NCBI GenBank assembly: GCA_020536535.1
Contig: JAHLWZ010000306.1
Coordinates: forward strand, 29,768-93,767
Direction: 5' to 3'
Length of the DNA: 64,000 nucleotides
Origin: Pelomyxa schiedti
Taxonomy: Eukaryota; Protista; Evosea
Below the pieces are notes generated by a model. It ran no database searches. It worked only from the letters and a program-made list of their open reading frames with translations, and was not told the DNA's origin. The stretch's first letter is position 1; the number at the start of each line of letters is the position of its first letter. Shown here piece after piece: positions 33,805-46,900 of this stretch. A program made the position numbers and the translations under genes.

Positions 33805-36800
33805 CTACGTATCCTCAGTGTCCTGTGCTGCAAGGTCTTCCTTGAAGAGTAGACTGAGGGGTGCAACGAGACCTGAGAATGGAGTTGTTGTTCTGGGTGT
33901 TGTTGGGGTGGAGGTTGTTGTTGAGGTGGCTGAAGTCGTTGTAGTGGTTGGTGTGCTTGTGATTGCACTTGTAATAGTGCTGGTGCCGGTGCCGGTGCCG
34001 GTGCCGGTGCCGGTGCCGGTGCCAGTGACAGTGCCGGTGATAGTGGATGTAACTGTGGTGGGTGTTGTAGGGCAATTGGTGGGGTCTGGGGTAGAGATCT
34101 GTTCTCGTGTTATGATCATTGAATCAAACGCGATGATGACTGGAAATTCCTTTGGAGCACCATCAAATAATGGAATCTTGGGGTAGCGCTGACTAAAGTG
34201 CGTCATTGCAAGAGCATGTGCGCTCATCCTGTTCTAGAGTTAAACTATTTAAATCTTAATCTCTTTGCTAACTGTTGAGCAACATGAATTGCTTCGTTGG
34301 TGGTGCTGTGCTTCTTTGATGCCGCTTCTTCAGCCATTTCATTCTCGAGTGTGGCCTCGTGTATTAGTACCGTAGCTCCAGTTCCTGCCTCAATCAAAGG
34401 TATGCTTGGTCTGGTGTCTCCTGAGAATCTAGGACACTGATTGGCATTCCGAGAGTAAACACTTCTCATACACAATTTTCCATCCGGAGTTGTGTGTTAC
34501 ACAAACGCCGAAGGCATCTAGGCAGTGTATTACACGAACAGGAATTATTGATTGCAACTCCAGTCTTTCCATTGGCGCCCTGTTTTTCGTTGCTTAGGGT
34601 TAATGGAACATACCACCAAAACGAGAAACCTTAATGGTTCTGGTAAACTTCGCGAATCAGCAAGAACGGGGGTAGTGACATAAACATATGATGCGGCACC
34701 ATTTGGCAGCATAAGGTCCTGTATTTCACAGTATTCTATAAGCCAGAACCAAAACGAAGGAGGGCCAAGTATCAAGAGAGGCTCCTTGCATCCTGCCTTG
34801 GGCGTTTTGAGAAATACTTCTTAGAAGAGAATAGAAACCTGCTTCCTAATTTCCAGAATTCTAAGTATCCCAAAGTTGTGATCCCCATGAATATGCGAGA
34901 TAAAAATAAACTCGAGGCGGCAAATTATCTCTCTCGCAACGGAAACACCAAATATTCTGCATATCTGCCCAAAAGTACCTTCACCACAGTCCAGGATAAA
35001 CGACCCTCCACCAGCCACAGTCACAAGTATACCGGAAACTACAGTTGATGTCAGTGGGAAGTGCAGCAAGGGAACTCATACCATTGCGGTACTTTGCTGG
35101 TAGAGATGCGCCTGTGCCTAGAAACACAATCCTAAAGCTGTTACGGGCGATAGAGGGGACTGCTTGGGGTAAAGACGACAATCCTTCCAAGGCCAGAGTT
35201 CTTTCAAATTGACAGCTACCCGTCATAGGCACGCTTTCAAGTGATATAGGGGGGAGGCTACAGTTTCTTCTATACTCTGTGATGGCAGCAACTAATTCCG
35301 AATCGCTTCGAATATCAGACAGTACCTGAAATAATGAAAACAATAAGTCTCAAATGTGGTCTACTTTTTCGGAGTCCCATGGTGGAAGAAGTTCACTGAA
35401 ATCAAACCCAACACTGCTTTCAGGAGTTAATACAAATTTAAGCAAATGTTTTCCAGGTTGAACATTCGGTGGCAGTCGAGCTGTAAAAGGAAATTCAGAA
35501 AAGGAGGTTTGGACTTTTACCTACCAATGCCTGTGTTGGAAGGTTGCTCATAAACAGCTAGAGGGAATAGCTCTGGGTGGATAAGATGCAGCTTTGCTTG
35601 AAGAAGTGCCGAACTACAGAGAGAAACTGTGCGAGAGCACACGTGGTCATTGAGTAGGATATGCTACAAACTTGATCAACACATAATAATACTTAAATAG
35701 GGGAAACCTGAACATTTGTATTAAACCGTTGAATCCATGTTGTGTATATCTCATTTGTAAATACAACCATTGGTACTTTATGAATAATACATTTGACCTG
35801 TAAGGCAAGTGTAAAGACTTAGGCACTCAATGAAATAACGAAATACTTGATTCGAAAACTTCCCACCAGTGTAGTAGTCATGAAACTTGGAGTTTCCAAC
35901 AATCCCCATAAGATACTCCTGTGCAGGACAATCAATAATCATAAATACCTTAGTGAGTGAGGTTAGAAACTAGAGGAACTAAATAGAAGGGCTTACGGGG
36001 CCTGGGCGTGCTGGAGAGACACACTCGTGAGGATGCACAGTAATGCCTTTGGAATTTACAACAGATTCGCCCTTCACAAGTTTTCCTTTAAACTTTAAGA
36101 GTTTTCTCAACTTATGAACCTATGAGGTGCCTACCCCTAAGAGGTCCAAAAACACCTAGTGCCTCAGCCTTTTTTGTATCAAATTTCCCAGGTGAATCAG
36201 GGATATGTACAATATAGCTCACACTAGTATTCTGATATGCATTAACTGGAAGTAACACTCGCTGATGCACTTGCTATGAGTTGAGATCAGAATATAAACA
36301 TGACTAAATAGCACCAACCATGAGTTCTTGTGGTAGGGGATGGTAATTGGTGGCTGCCTTATTCTTTGCATCTTCTTGCTATTCAATAAGTGAATGCGAA
36401 TAGGTTGCAGAAAGAGACCTCAAGGTGTATTGTGGCACCAGATGCACTACATGTTGACGAGCTTGTCATTGGTGCTACCAAAGAACCAGGTAGTGACAAA
36501 ACAGGTATAACACGTAGTTGATCATCAACAATTTGCTGCACAGTGGGGTCAATGTCAATGGGATTTAAACCTCTCCTGAGCAAAATGTGAGCCCAAAATA
36601 ATGTTGTATTTAACAAAATACTTGTTGATGAAAAACCGAGTGCCAGTAATAACGTTTGTAGTGTGTGGTGGCCCAACGATGTTAATAAAAGGAGCACCCG
36701 ACTCACAAACCGTGAGAAAGGCACCTTAGAGGCATCACTGATGAGGGAAAAAAGTTTGATTTTGCCTACCTGGTATTCCACCAATGTAGGACCAAGTCAG

Positions 36801-37156
36801 GCGGCTCAAGAACATTGTAGAAATGCGACTGAAAGATTGAACATAAGGCGAAGTGTTCCTCGAAACTGCGCACAAGAATAAGGTCTACCTAAGATGCAAC
36901 TTCCATTCCGCAAACAACCTCTGCGTGCCTTCACCACACCCACCAAACAAGTATCTCTTTTGATCAAAGAACACCAGCACCGATGCCGAGTCACTCGTGG
37001 CATCTGGGTTATTTATTAATTAATAAGTTTAAAATATGCGTGAGTTGTCATATGTCATTCCAAAACCACTGCCGCCACACGGACACCGTAGGAAAAAAAA
37101 AATAAATGGTAAACTCGCTCACCGGAACCAGGGGAAACAATCTGGATATAGACCAT
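33805..37156 (-). CDS. ELAC2: Ribonuclease Z, long form (ELAC2/Trz1-like)
   Basis: Motifs MVYIQIVSPGS|D..RYLFGGCGEGTQR, YIGGIPG, FLGTGASLPAKYRN, LDCGEGTFGQ, HIHGDHNFG, SGDTRP, LIHEATLE..KHSTTNEA, THFSQRYPKIP. Confidence 0.92.
33982..34023. repeat. (GGTGCC)7 coding repeat giving a Thr-Gly run in the RNase Z C-terminal tail
   Basis: Visible directly. Confidence 0.9.
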
Positions 37157-37393
37157 CGTGTGCAATAACCAGTAGCAGTGAAGAATGACGAAAAGGAAAA
37201 GAAATTTAGCACTCGTTTAGCCTATCTCCTAGGTAACACTTTTCCCTCTCATCACTCTAGCTTTTTCTTTTCAGCGAAATCCCATTGAAAAAGTCTACGG
37301 GATCAGGCTTTTTAAAGGCCCATTTTTCTCCAACTCAACCACAACAAAAAGAATAATCACAGCTAAAACTACTACACAACCAACCCCGCTTCG

Positions 37394-38198
37394 ATGGAAT
37401 TCAAGGGACTTGTGTGTTTATCGTCCCCTTCCCACTATTACTATTTCCTTTCTCACTCAGTGCAGATTACATTCGGAGGCAACCCACTTACATTGAGTGG
37501 AGCGCGCGCTGTTCCCACAGTGGGAGAGGTTGCTCCTGATTTCACTGTCGTGGCCAACGACCTTTCTCCATTCAAATTCTCGTCACTTGCTGGCACCGTC
37601 AGAATTGTATGTGTTTTGAAGTTACTATTATCATTTCTACTGTAAATACGGAGTTCCAGCTATATGTATTTAATACTTCTCTGTTATTATTTTTTAGTGA
37701 CTACAAAATAATATCAAATTTACTATTCATTGGCTTTGTCTGACCCTGGTTGTTAGATATCATCTGTTCCTTCCTTGGATACTCCTGTTTGCCAGGTTCA
37801 GACCCGCAAGTTCAATCAGGAGGCATCTAACTTGGCAATCAAAGTGCTCACTCTGAGGTTTTCCCCTTTGTTGCCTTATTATTTCCTGACTTTTATAGCA
37901 TGGATCTTCCATTCGCCCAGAAGAGATGGTGCGGAGCAGAAGGAATCACACACGTTATGACTCTGTCTGACCACAAGGATGCCGAGTTCGGCACTGCCTA
38001 TGGGTTGATTGTCAAAGAACTCCGCCTTCTATCTCGCGCTGTATTCGTTGTTGGCAAGGTACCAATCCCTCTGTCTTAGCACTTGACATCCTTGACCTTC
38101 ACAAGGATGACAAAATCCACTACGCACAGCTGGTATCAGAGCTCACCACAGAACCTGACTATTCTGCCGCTCTTGCCATTGCCAAGACACTCCTTTAA
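37394..38198 (+). CDS. tpx: Bacterial-type thiol peroxidase (atypical 2-Cys peroxiredoxin)
   Basis: Motifs [36 protein letters not shown] (peroxidatic Cys), [16 protein letters not shown] (resolving Cys), [18 protein letters not shown]. Four short introns. Confidence 0.92.
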
Positions 38199-38285
38199 TT
38201 TATTCGTTCTACACGTTTTGAGGTTCGGTACTTGCAAGAACCGAACAACATTGGTTTTTGGAAAACGAAAAGAAAAAAGGAGAGG

Positions 38286-40862
38286 TTAAAAAACGGAGCT
38301 TAGTTCTTGTTGGGGAGGAGGCCAGAATATACGTACCAGTCCAGAGGCACCTGCGTCACCCTCCGTTTTGTAGCCCTTGCGCGCGCCCTCACCAACCGTG
38401 ATGTTTAGAACCTGTCCCGGTGTAACCGGGTGACCATTAATTGTTGAATACCCTCCCCCACCACCGCCTCTGTACCCTCCCCCGCCACCCCCCCCAAAGC
38501 GGGACGCTGGCTCTGCCACGACGTAAGATCCGAATTGGTCCGTGGCCCACCTGCCCCCACAGCCTGCATACTCCAATGCTGTGTCTTGGTTGCGGGTAGC
38601 CCCGCCTGCATCCCCACCCAGGTAGTAGCCGCCATCGCCCCCTCTCACTGTGCCAGCTCCACCAGGGCCCCTTCCTGAGCCACCCCCTGCTGTCACTATC
38701 CCTTCTATGCTGGAATCACCACCATCGCCCCCACAGTGATGAAGTGAAGAACCAGCACCGCCACCACCAATCACAATTGCACTGATGGAAGTCACATCCT
38801 CTGGCACAGTAAAGGTGAATCTTCCTGGTTCAGAAAACATCATAATGGGTGGGATGGTAAATGCAGTCGTACTCCACCCTGAGTTTAGGCTCCCCTCCTG
38901 CATATTCAGTATTGATCTTACCCTGACCGTGTATCTATATCCTGGCTTGAGTGAAGTAAGATCTGTCTTGGTGCCAGTTCCAAAATAGACTTGCTGGAAT
39001 ACACCACCTCGTGTCAATTGAACCTCAAACTTGAGTGCAGTTGAAGGAGTCAGAGTATTTTGGCGAGGTGTCCAGTTAATTGTAACAGTGGTGAGTGATC
39101 TTATGTTGACTTCAACTCCAGGAGGTAGGCTTGGGGATGAAAATTGGCCGCACTCGGCTATCGACTTCGTCATCCCAGTTTGGTCAAATGTGAGTGTAAA
39201 CCATGGTGTATATAACAGCGGTGATTGTCTCCGCCTTGCTTGGGGTTCGTAGTCACGCCCCATCTTTTTGAGACCAGAAAGCACCTGAAGGGTGGTGAAG
39301 GTGTTGGGGCAGTTGAGTGTGTGCATTACTGAACCGTAGAGTGCTTTGGATTCCGCACTCAGTTGCACGGTATTGCCTTACTGGATTCGTAAGTCTAGTT
39401 TTTCTTTGATTCTGGTAGGCATACTTGTTTGTCGATAGAGTGCATCTAGCAGTTCCCATTCCGAGCTGTCCAACTGTTCATGCAGTTCTGATTCCCTTTT
39501 GGAAATTGCTTCGCGGAGACTGAAGAATGTTGTTTGAATTTGGAGTCTGATTTTGTCAGCTTCAAGTTTCACCTTGGTTACGGCATCCCTCAACTCGGCA
39601 ATTTTGGACTCATCGTATTTCATTGACTCGGCACCTTGACTGGCACTCTTTGACAGAGTTTCTCTGGCACTGCGACACGAATCATCTCTCACAAAAATTT
39701 TGTGGTGTTTGTGGCTTCCAGATTCTTTGCAGATATGGCAACATAATTCCTAACTCAAGTTTTAGAAAATCACCAGAAACAAGTGGCACACCTTGTCATC
39801 TTCACACCAGAGATCAAGATCCGTTCCTTGATGCACCTTGCATTTCGGCTCACGGAATATCATAGCAGGCCTGCTTCCAATCGGCACTCTCACGTGCGAC
39901 TGGGTGACTCGAAACGAGTGAGTTGTACGATCGCATTCACCACACAGCGACGTCTCTTCCCTTTCACACCACACCACAGCAGGTTTCACAAGGCACTCAT
40001 CACACAGTACTGCTGGCGTATTGACGGAAGCTTGTTCCGTGACCGCAGGTTTGGGCACAGAAGCTGCCGTGGACTCGGGCCCTTGGACCTGTTTGTTTGG
40101 GGGGCACGGTTCCACAGGGCACCCCAGGGAATCCATGAGTGTCAGCAACTCCATCAGAAGGGTGTTTTCTTTCTCGCTTTCAACCACACACCCGCACACG
40201 GGGCACGAACGGCTGAGCTTTTTTTCGGCGACAGTGGCGACGCAGCGAGCGGTGGAACCAGCCTCGACACCAGCACACGAGCACGCCAACGGAACCCGGC
40301 CCACCGACGTGCCTACTGTCGTTGCGGCGTGTCCTTCAGTGCCACTGCCCAAATGGGGAGAGCTCCCTCCCGGGTCATTGTCGAGGGTGCTTGTTGTTGT
40401 GGTTGCCGTTGTTGAAGTGGCGGCTGTTGTTGCCGATGCGGAATCGGCGGTGCTTGGCGTTGCGGCCGCGGTCGCTGGCGTCGTGCAAGAAAGGGGAACA
40501 GAGGGCACTCGCGGGGAGGACCGTTGGCCCCAGCAGCGCCGGCACACGTTGTGCCCGCACGGCGACACCAGCACAATCCCGTTTGGTGTCACTTCCCCCA
40601 CGCGCTCCCCGTCCGCCGGGGTGCCCTGCGGGAGTTGAACAGACGCAGCGGAGGTGGAGGTGGACGTGGACGTGGACGTGGACGTGGAAGCCGCGTCGGT
40701 GCAGGAGGGTCGAGGGGCCGCCGACGGAGTGATGAATGGTGCCCCGCAGCACGCACACTGCGGGGGCAGGTAGAGCCCCGTGTCTGGGTCTGTGCCCCTG
40801 CTGCTGCTGGTTGTGGGGGCTTCGCAGCGTTCCCCTTGTGGCTCTGGCGTGGAGGTAGCCAT
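38286..40862 (-). CDS. TRIM-like protein: RING (split by insertions), two B-boxes, coiled coil, FN3 and a glycine-rich domain
   Basis: RING: CACC..PCGHNVCRRC..CPVC. B-box 1: CDEC..C..CGECD..H..H. B-box 2: CKVH..C..C..H..H. Then a heptad region, FN3 (VTINWTP..FEVQL..LKPGYRYTVRVRS) and FTFTVPEDVTSISAIVIGGGGAG...PGQVLNITVG..SGLVRIFW. Confidence 0.8.
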
Positions 40863-40944
40863 TATCGGCCGCTAGTTCGAGTAAAGCAAAGGATGATGAA
40901 GGAAAGAACAGGAATTTTTATTAGAGCTGCGTGGGTGCGGGGTG

Positions 40945-43900
40945 TTAACTCTTCCTTGGGCGTTTCTTCTTTGGCTCAACTGGAGCAGCGTCGGTGGAGG
41001 AGGCGGCTTTGTTGTCGAGCTCCGTGAGGTGGCTTTTCAGGAGAAGTCTATCAATCTTAAAGTCCCTGGCTTGGTATCTCTTGAAGTGGTTGAAATAGTC
41101 GAGCTGTCACGTATGGGTTGCCATGGTGAGTTCAAAAAAGTTGTTAGTTGCAAGTAGCAGGACAACCTTGTGTTTTGCATCAAGTTTCAAGATAGCAGTC
41201 TCGTAAGTTTCCATTGCAAATACCAGCTGGGGCAAATGCCTAAAAGAAAATGGGTTTGTTATTTGTTTAAAAAGTACCAGTACTTTGCATCATGGGTCAC
41301 GGTGGCCTTCTTGGATTTCTCGGCTCGTGCCAATCTGTCTATCAACTTGTGTGTTTCGGGTATTAGGAGAGTTGCAGATTGCTTCACGAAATGCTTGAAT
41401 TTTGCATTCTGGAATCACATCACATGGAAAGAAGTGTACGATTATTTTAGCGTGCCTTGGAACTTTTCTTTGTCTTGTCTCCTTTGGCTTTCAATGTTTC
41501 AAGTTCCTAGCGGAATTGAGATTACATTACAAAACTTTTGACAAAATACCTCTTTAGTAGCTATGGAGAGCACTGTATACATCTACAAACAGATAGTTCA
41601 GTTGTTGGAGACCAGTTAGGGGGAAAAAACCTTGATTAGTACTTTGACAAGGGCATATTCCCTCGACCCCTCAATGTTAAACGGTACCTGGGTTTTTTTC
41701 AGCTTAGGTAGGATTTGATGTGAAACTTACAAGACAACTTAGAACACCAATAGTATCACTCATCAAGATAAAAATTGGGTCCACTGCATGTCGCAATTGC
41801 TTCAATGTTGCTGGATCTGCATCATCTCCGAGATTTAATTCTGTAAGTCCTTTATTAGAAATACATTGTGAGAATTGGTGATTTACTGGACAGCTTTAGA
41901 CGCTCCAGTCCCCACTTAATTAAGGAGATATTGTTTTGTATGTATGGAATGACTTCATCTAGAATAGCATTTGAGGTATCTGCGTTGACAAATGACATTT
42001 TAGGGGCATCAATCGGATCTCCAAAAAAAGAGCACAATTCCGTGGCAAGACGCATTGCCTCATCAAGAATTATTTCCAATGTTATTAGGTGCTAATCATA
42101 CTGGTTGCATGTCAGCAGCACTTCCAAGTTTCATATAAAGGCGGGCCATTTCCATTGCTAGGTCTTTCTTCTTCACTTGAACGGATGTGCCTTTTGTTCA
42201 TGGGTGAATCCATTGGCAACATGTCTCATGGTTTTTTTTTGAAAATTGGGAAAAAATACATTGCTGTAGAATCCATTTAGCATGCCTCGGCCAAAGCTCT
42301 TTTGGTAAGAAATCTACAACCATTGACATAATCCGAAGTGCAACTGCCGCCTCGTCACTAGATGAGGGTTCCCCAAAGAATGATTCAGCCAAGCTCTGAA
42401 ATATTTGAGATGACTTTGTCTGTTACAAACTACTTCAAATTGCTCCAAACAGGTATCCACATGTGTCAACGGGCTAACACTTGAGGCAATCTGGGAAAAA
42501 GTTTTATCAAGGAAGTCTGATAAAACTGCGATGCTGTTCTCATGGCACACTAACTGGGTAACCTTTTCGTAACACTCGATTTCGAGGAGTGAGAGAGCCT
42601 TACCTGCCGAAATTAGTCGCCATAAAACACAATTACAATACCCCTATCAAGCTTTTTGTGGTCATTGGCATATTCTTTTCCCAATCGTTGCATCATTTTC
42701 AGGGCAATAGGGGTTATTTCCGAAAATTGAGAGGCAGAGTAACTGTTGGGAGCGAACTGCAGAAGATCAATTCCAAAAAGAAAGAGTGTCGGAAAGTACG
42801 GTAGTATTTAGCTTCTGGAGGCATGTCTCAAAGAAGAATTGAATCAAACAACTATTGTTTAGCAGAATTGATTTCAAATGAGCGTCACTCTCAGTACTAT
42901 TGATAAAAGAGAGTAAGAAGTCAATGCTCTGCATGCTAAGGAGTACTTCTCGTTCTGTGTGCTTTACTGAAAGAGGCATTATATTAAATTAACAAATATC
43001 TGACTTACTAGGAGTACTTGGTTTGGTTGGAAGGACAGCGGCACTTGGTTCATCTGGAGTTGCTGTTGGTTTCTTGCTCTTGGTTCCTTTTATTGCGACT
43101 TTGGATTTTTTTGGTTCTGTATCCTTTGAGGCTTCTGATGGGTCATCTACTTTTTTTCCTTTCGCTTTTGTGGGGTGCCCATATGCAGAAACCCTTCTGT
43201 TAAAAATTAAAACAAAAAGGCCTTTATTGTGTTGGCTACTACATATGGTTGTCATAAAGTCTGCTTGCAGCGTCGATGGCATCTCCAGTGAATGGTGTTT
43301 CACAGGTAAAGAAGAAGTCCATGAGGGCCTTATAGGTTTTAATTCTTATCTCTAAATTTACACACTAGCATACTTCGTGAATACCAAGCAGAATGTCCAC
43401 GAAATGCTGCCTGCTTGGGAGATCTTCAATAGCTCCAAAGAGAACACTTTCGCTAATATCACTTGCGAGAAGTCTTTTTTAATTGCCAAGTGTTTAACAG
43501 AAAAACTCTACACAAAAGGCTTACCTGCGAGTTAGCAGTTTCATGTGGTCCGCAACTGGTTTAGTAAGAACGCCCAGATCTTTGTTCGATGCTGAGCTAT
43601 TTGTACAATAATATATACAACGTGTAAGACAGCTTAGAAGTTTATGAAGAGGTTCCCCAATCTTTAAGGTTGTATAAGTGCCAATTTTGTAGGATTTTGA
43701 TTTTATATTCTCCCTTGAAAACTACCTCTCCATCTTTAATGCAGGCAGTTAACTTGATAGGAAAGGTGTCGGCATCTGGGTTCAAAAAATGATCCAACTA
43801 ATGAACAGTCAATCACGTAGTTGGAGTAAGAGGAGAAAGCCTTACATGAGGAAGAAGGAGATCAAAGACTGAGGCGCAGAGAAATGGGGAAACGCAAGTT

Positions 43901-46900
43901 AGGTCACTTACACCTTTGTATAAACATGATTTAACAGGTGCTTGCTGTGTAAGACTGCGTCTGAGAAATCCTTGCAGAAACTGTTAGGTGCTTTGTGCAA
44001 GCAGTACTGGCGTGTACCCAAAATTTCCAGTGTGAGTGGTTCCATGAGCTTCGATCGATCTTTCTGTAGACGTGCTTGTGAAGCACTTCCAGGCAGTGGT
44101 TGCACCCAGGAAGTAACAGCATTCCTTAAAATTGCCAAGAACCCTTGCACGCCGATTTCACGAGCTTCTGTTTGTCTGACGTACTCAAATTACATATTCT
44201 GAATGTGATGTAAGGGGAAGCACACTTGGAAAAAAGAGCCTTTTTAAGAACGATAACTGTTGCATCAAGGAGTGGTGGAGAAACCCTCAAAAGAGGTTGT
44301 AGGGCATTTACAATAGCACTGGCTACTGGTGGGGGAAGATAAAAAAGGTAATCTAGCATTTGCTTGACCTTTCTATTTGTGAGAGAATGAATGCCGGTTG
44401 TGTACTCTGAACCTTGGAGCCAAGTCTAAGTAAATTGCCAGGTTTTTCGGCAATCAGTGCAGACAAGAATTCAATATATGAAGGGGTGGTTGCACAACAT
44501 TCTACGATACGATTTATGGCTTGTTCTACAATTTCGTCTTGCATAGATTCATCATTTGCATAAAAAGCTTGCGTGAGAAGCTCAAATCCAAGAGCTGAAG
44601 CACCACACATGTTTCCGCAGTTTGACCGTTGTGTATGAGCAGAGCTTGCTAGAGATGGGGGTTGGTGCGAAGTTATGGAACTCTCCATAAGTGTCTTTGA
44701 CTTGAGTTTGCTTGGAGGGTGATCCATTAGGTAGAATCCCAGCTATGAGCATAACTTCAGTATGAAAGAAATTTTGGGAATAGGCCAAGATACTTGGATC
44801 AAAGAAGATGCAATCATGCCCCAACCACGCAAGGAGTTTTTTACAGTTTGTTGTAATACCTCACGCATTTCAATATGATTTTGCGGTTCAGCCGCTAACA
44901 GGATTGTTAATGACGTCACCATATGCGGAACTCACATACAAACAATGGCGCTTGACAAGAAACTGGGTCTTTTTATCGAACTGTCGATAGAGACAGTAAA
45001 TAGAGATTTGAGAAGGTCCATAACCTTTGTCAAAGTGAGGATTTTTTTGTTTTAACTTTGGAAAAAAATACTTCTTCTTGCAAGTACCGCAACCGGGATA
45101 GGGACAGAAGCATTGCCAGGCAGAAAGGAGTAAGGCAAGCAGGGCGATTTTTCATTTCCTTCATGAATTCGTGAGCAAGTTCCTTTTTTAAGTGAATTCA
45201 AATTGGAGTCGTGAGATTGCAGAACATGGTCTTGTTGTGCAGCACAGAAGAGAGCATGGAGAATGACTCCTTCTACCTCCAGTGTTGTTGTAAGAGAGCT
45301 GTTGGGCCTTTGTGTAGGTGCATTTAGAATGATTAATGGCTACAAGTAGTACTTGTCACTGGTGTCCAAGGAAGAAAAATAGCGGGAAATTTCTTTTAAG
45401 ATAAAGGCTCGCTGACCCTGGGTTTTATATTATAATGAAGATTGTTGAAAAAGGATAATGAAACTTTAGAAGATAGAAGAAGTAATTGATGCACTATATT
45501 GATGGAATTCTGAATATCGACCCCACTCAATAGGCTTAAGTGACAGGTTAGACAGAGAGAGAAGCAGTGTCTATACCTGATAATTTTTTTAACGATAACC
45601 TTTACTTCATTTGTGGATAGGTTGATGTCACGCATTACTTGACAGAGTTTGAGTGTTGATCTTGTTGGCCACTTCATCTCACAGATGTGCCCAATAATCT
45701 GCTCTTTGAACTTCATTGGAGATGTATCCGGAAATTCATTCTCTGGCTCTGCAAGTACATTAGAGTTCTGTGTGGTTAAGATCTGGTACAGATGTGAATG
45801 TTTTGGTTTCTTGGGGAGTAATTTACAAACGGGGAGTAATTTTGTCTGCTGTAGATATCAAAGCCAAAGATTTGGGCAAAAGGTCAACAGACACATCAAA
45901 TTTTCCAAAATCTGCTTCTACAGAACTGACTATATGCTCTACTATATTAACAAGAGTTTCAGCAGGTAAATTGTCTAACTACAGACATAAGTCAAAAGAG
46001 AAATTTACGGACACACTTCATTCGAAATAACTGCCATGCATCTGGTAACAATGGGGCCAGTAAGTAGTCCTTGATCTAACATCTTTAGGGAGGACTTGAT
46101 TATTGTGCTCTTCATAGTGAGGGTTATTGGTAAGCTTTCTGCATCCCAACTGGTGCAACCTAGTCTTCAATGAGAGAGTAAAATCGTAAAGAAATGGAAC
46201 CTGTGAAAACTGCTCTCAGGAACTGAGGTGTATCCTCACCATTTTTGTAAGATAAGGTGTATCTCAACATAAGAACCAAGTCAGATTGCCCTGCAGCCAT
46301 CACTAGCTTGACTAGCTGTGAAACAGCGTCACCGTCAGGTGCAAAGCTGCATGATTGACTTGCACTGTCACCAACAAGGCTCTGTGATAGCTGCTGAACT
46401 GCTACGGCAGCGGCGGCAGCTAACTTTGTTGATGACATCCTTCTAGCACGCAAGCCCATTTTTAAAATTGCTTTGGCTTGCTCAGCAATGGTTTCCGATA
46501 TCTCCTGGGGGTTCTCAGCACTTGTTGTAACTGATGATGTGGATGCAACAGCAGAATCAGTACCTTTTGTTTATGGAGGTGAGAGAATATGATAAACTTA
46601 GCACAAATGTAACTGGTTCTTCTCCTCTTGGAAGTAGTCACACATGGTTCATCATGAGAAGTATTTGTCTCCCCGCGATTGGCATCAGAGGTATCTCGCT
46701 GGGATTCCTGTGGTTTGTGCTTCTCAGAATGATTTGTGGAAGATGTTTTCTTTGCCTTATTGGTGATATCTGTGCCACTAAGCGCTGCAGAATTTTGGTG
46801 CCTGTCACATACAGAGCTTTCTTCCCCCTCAGTTTTTGCAGTTACCTTGCCTTTTGCAGTTGCACTGCTATCATCCTCACGATGTTTCTTTTTGTGCTCT

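Noticed and set aside
33757-33806. Splice-through fusion of RNase Z to the 847-aa ORF
   Set aside because: The candidate GTAGGA..CATAG intron is phase-incompatible and gives TLW* immediately.
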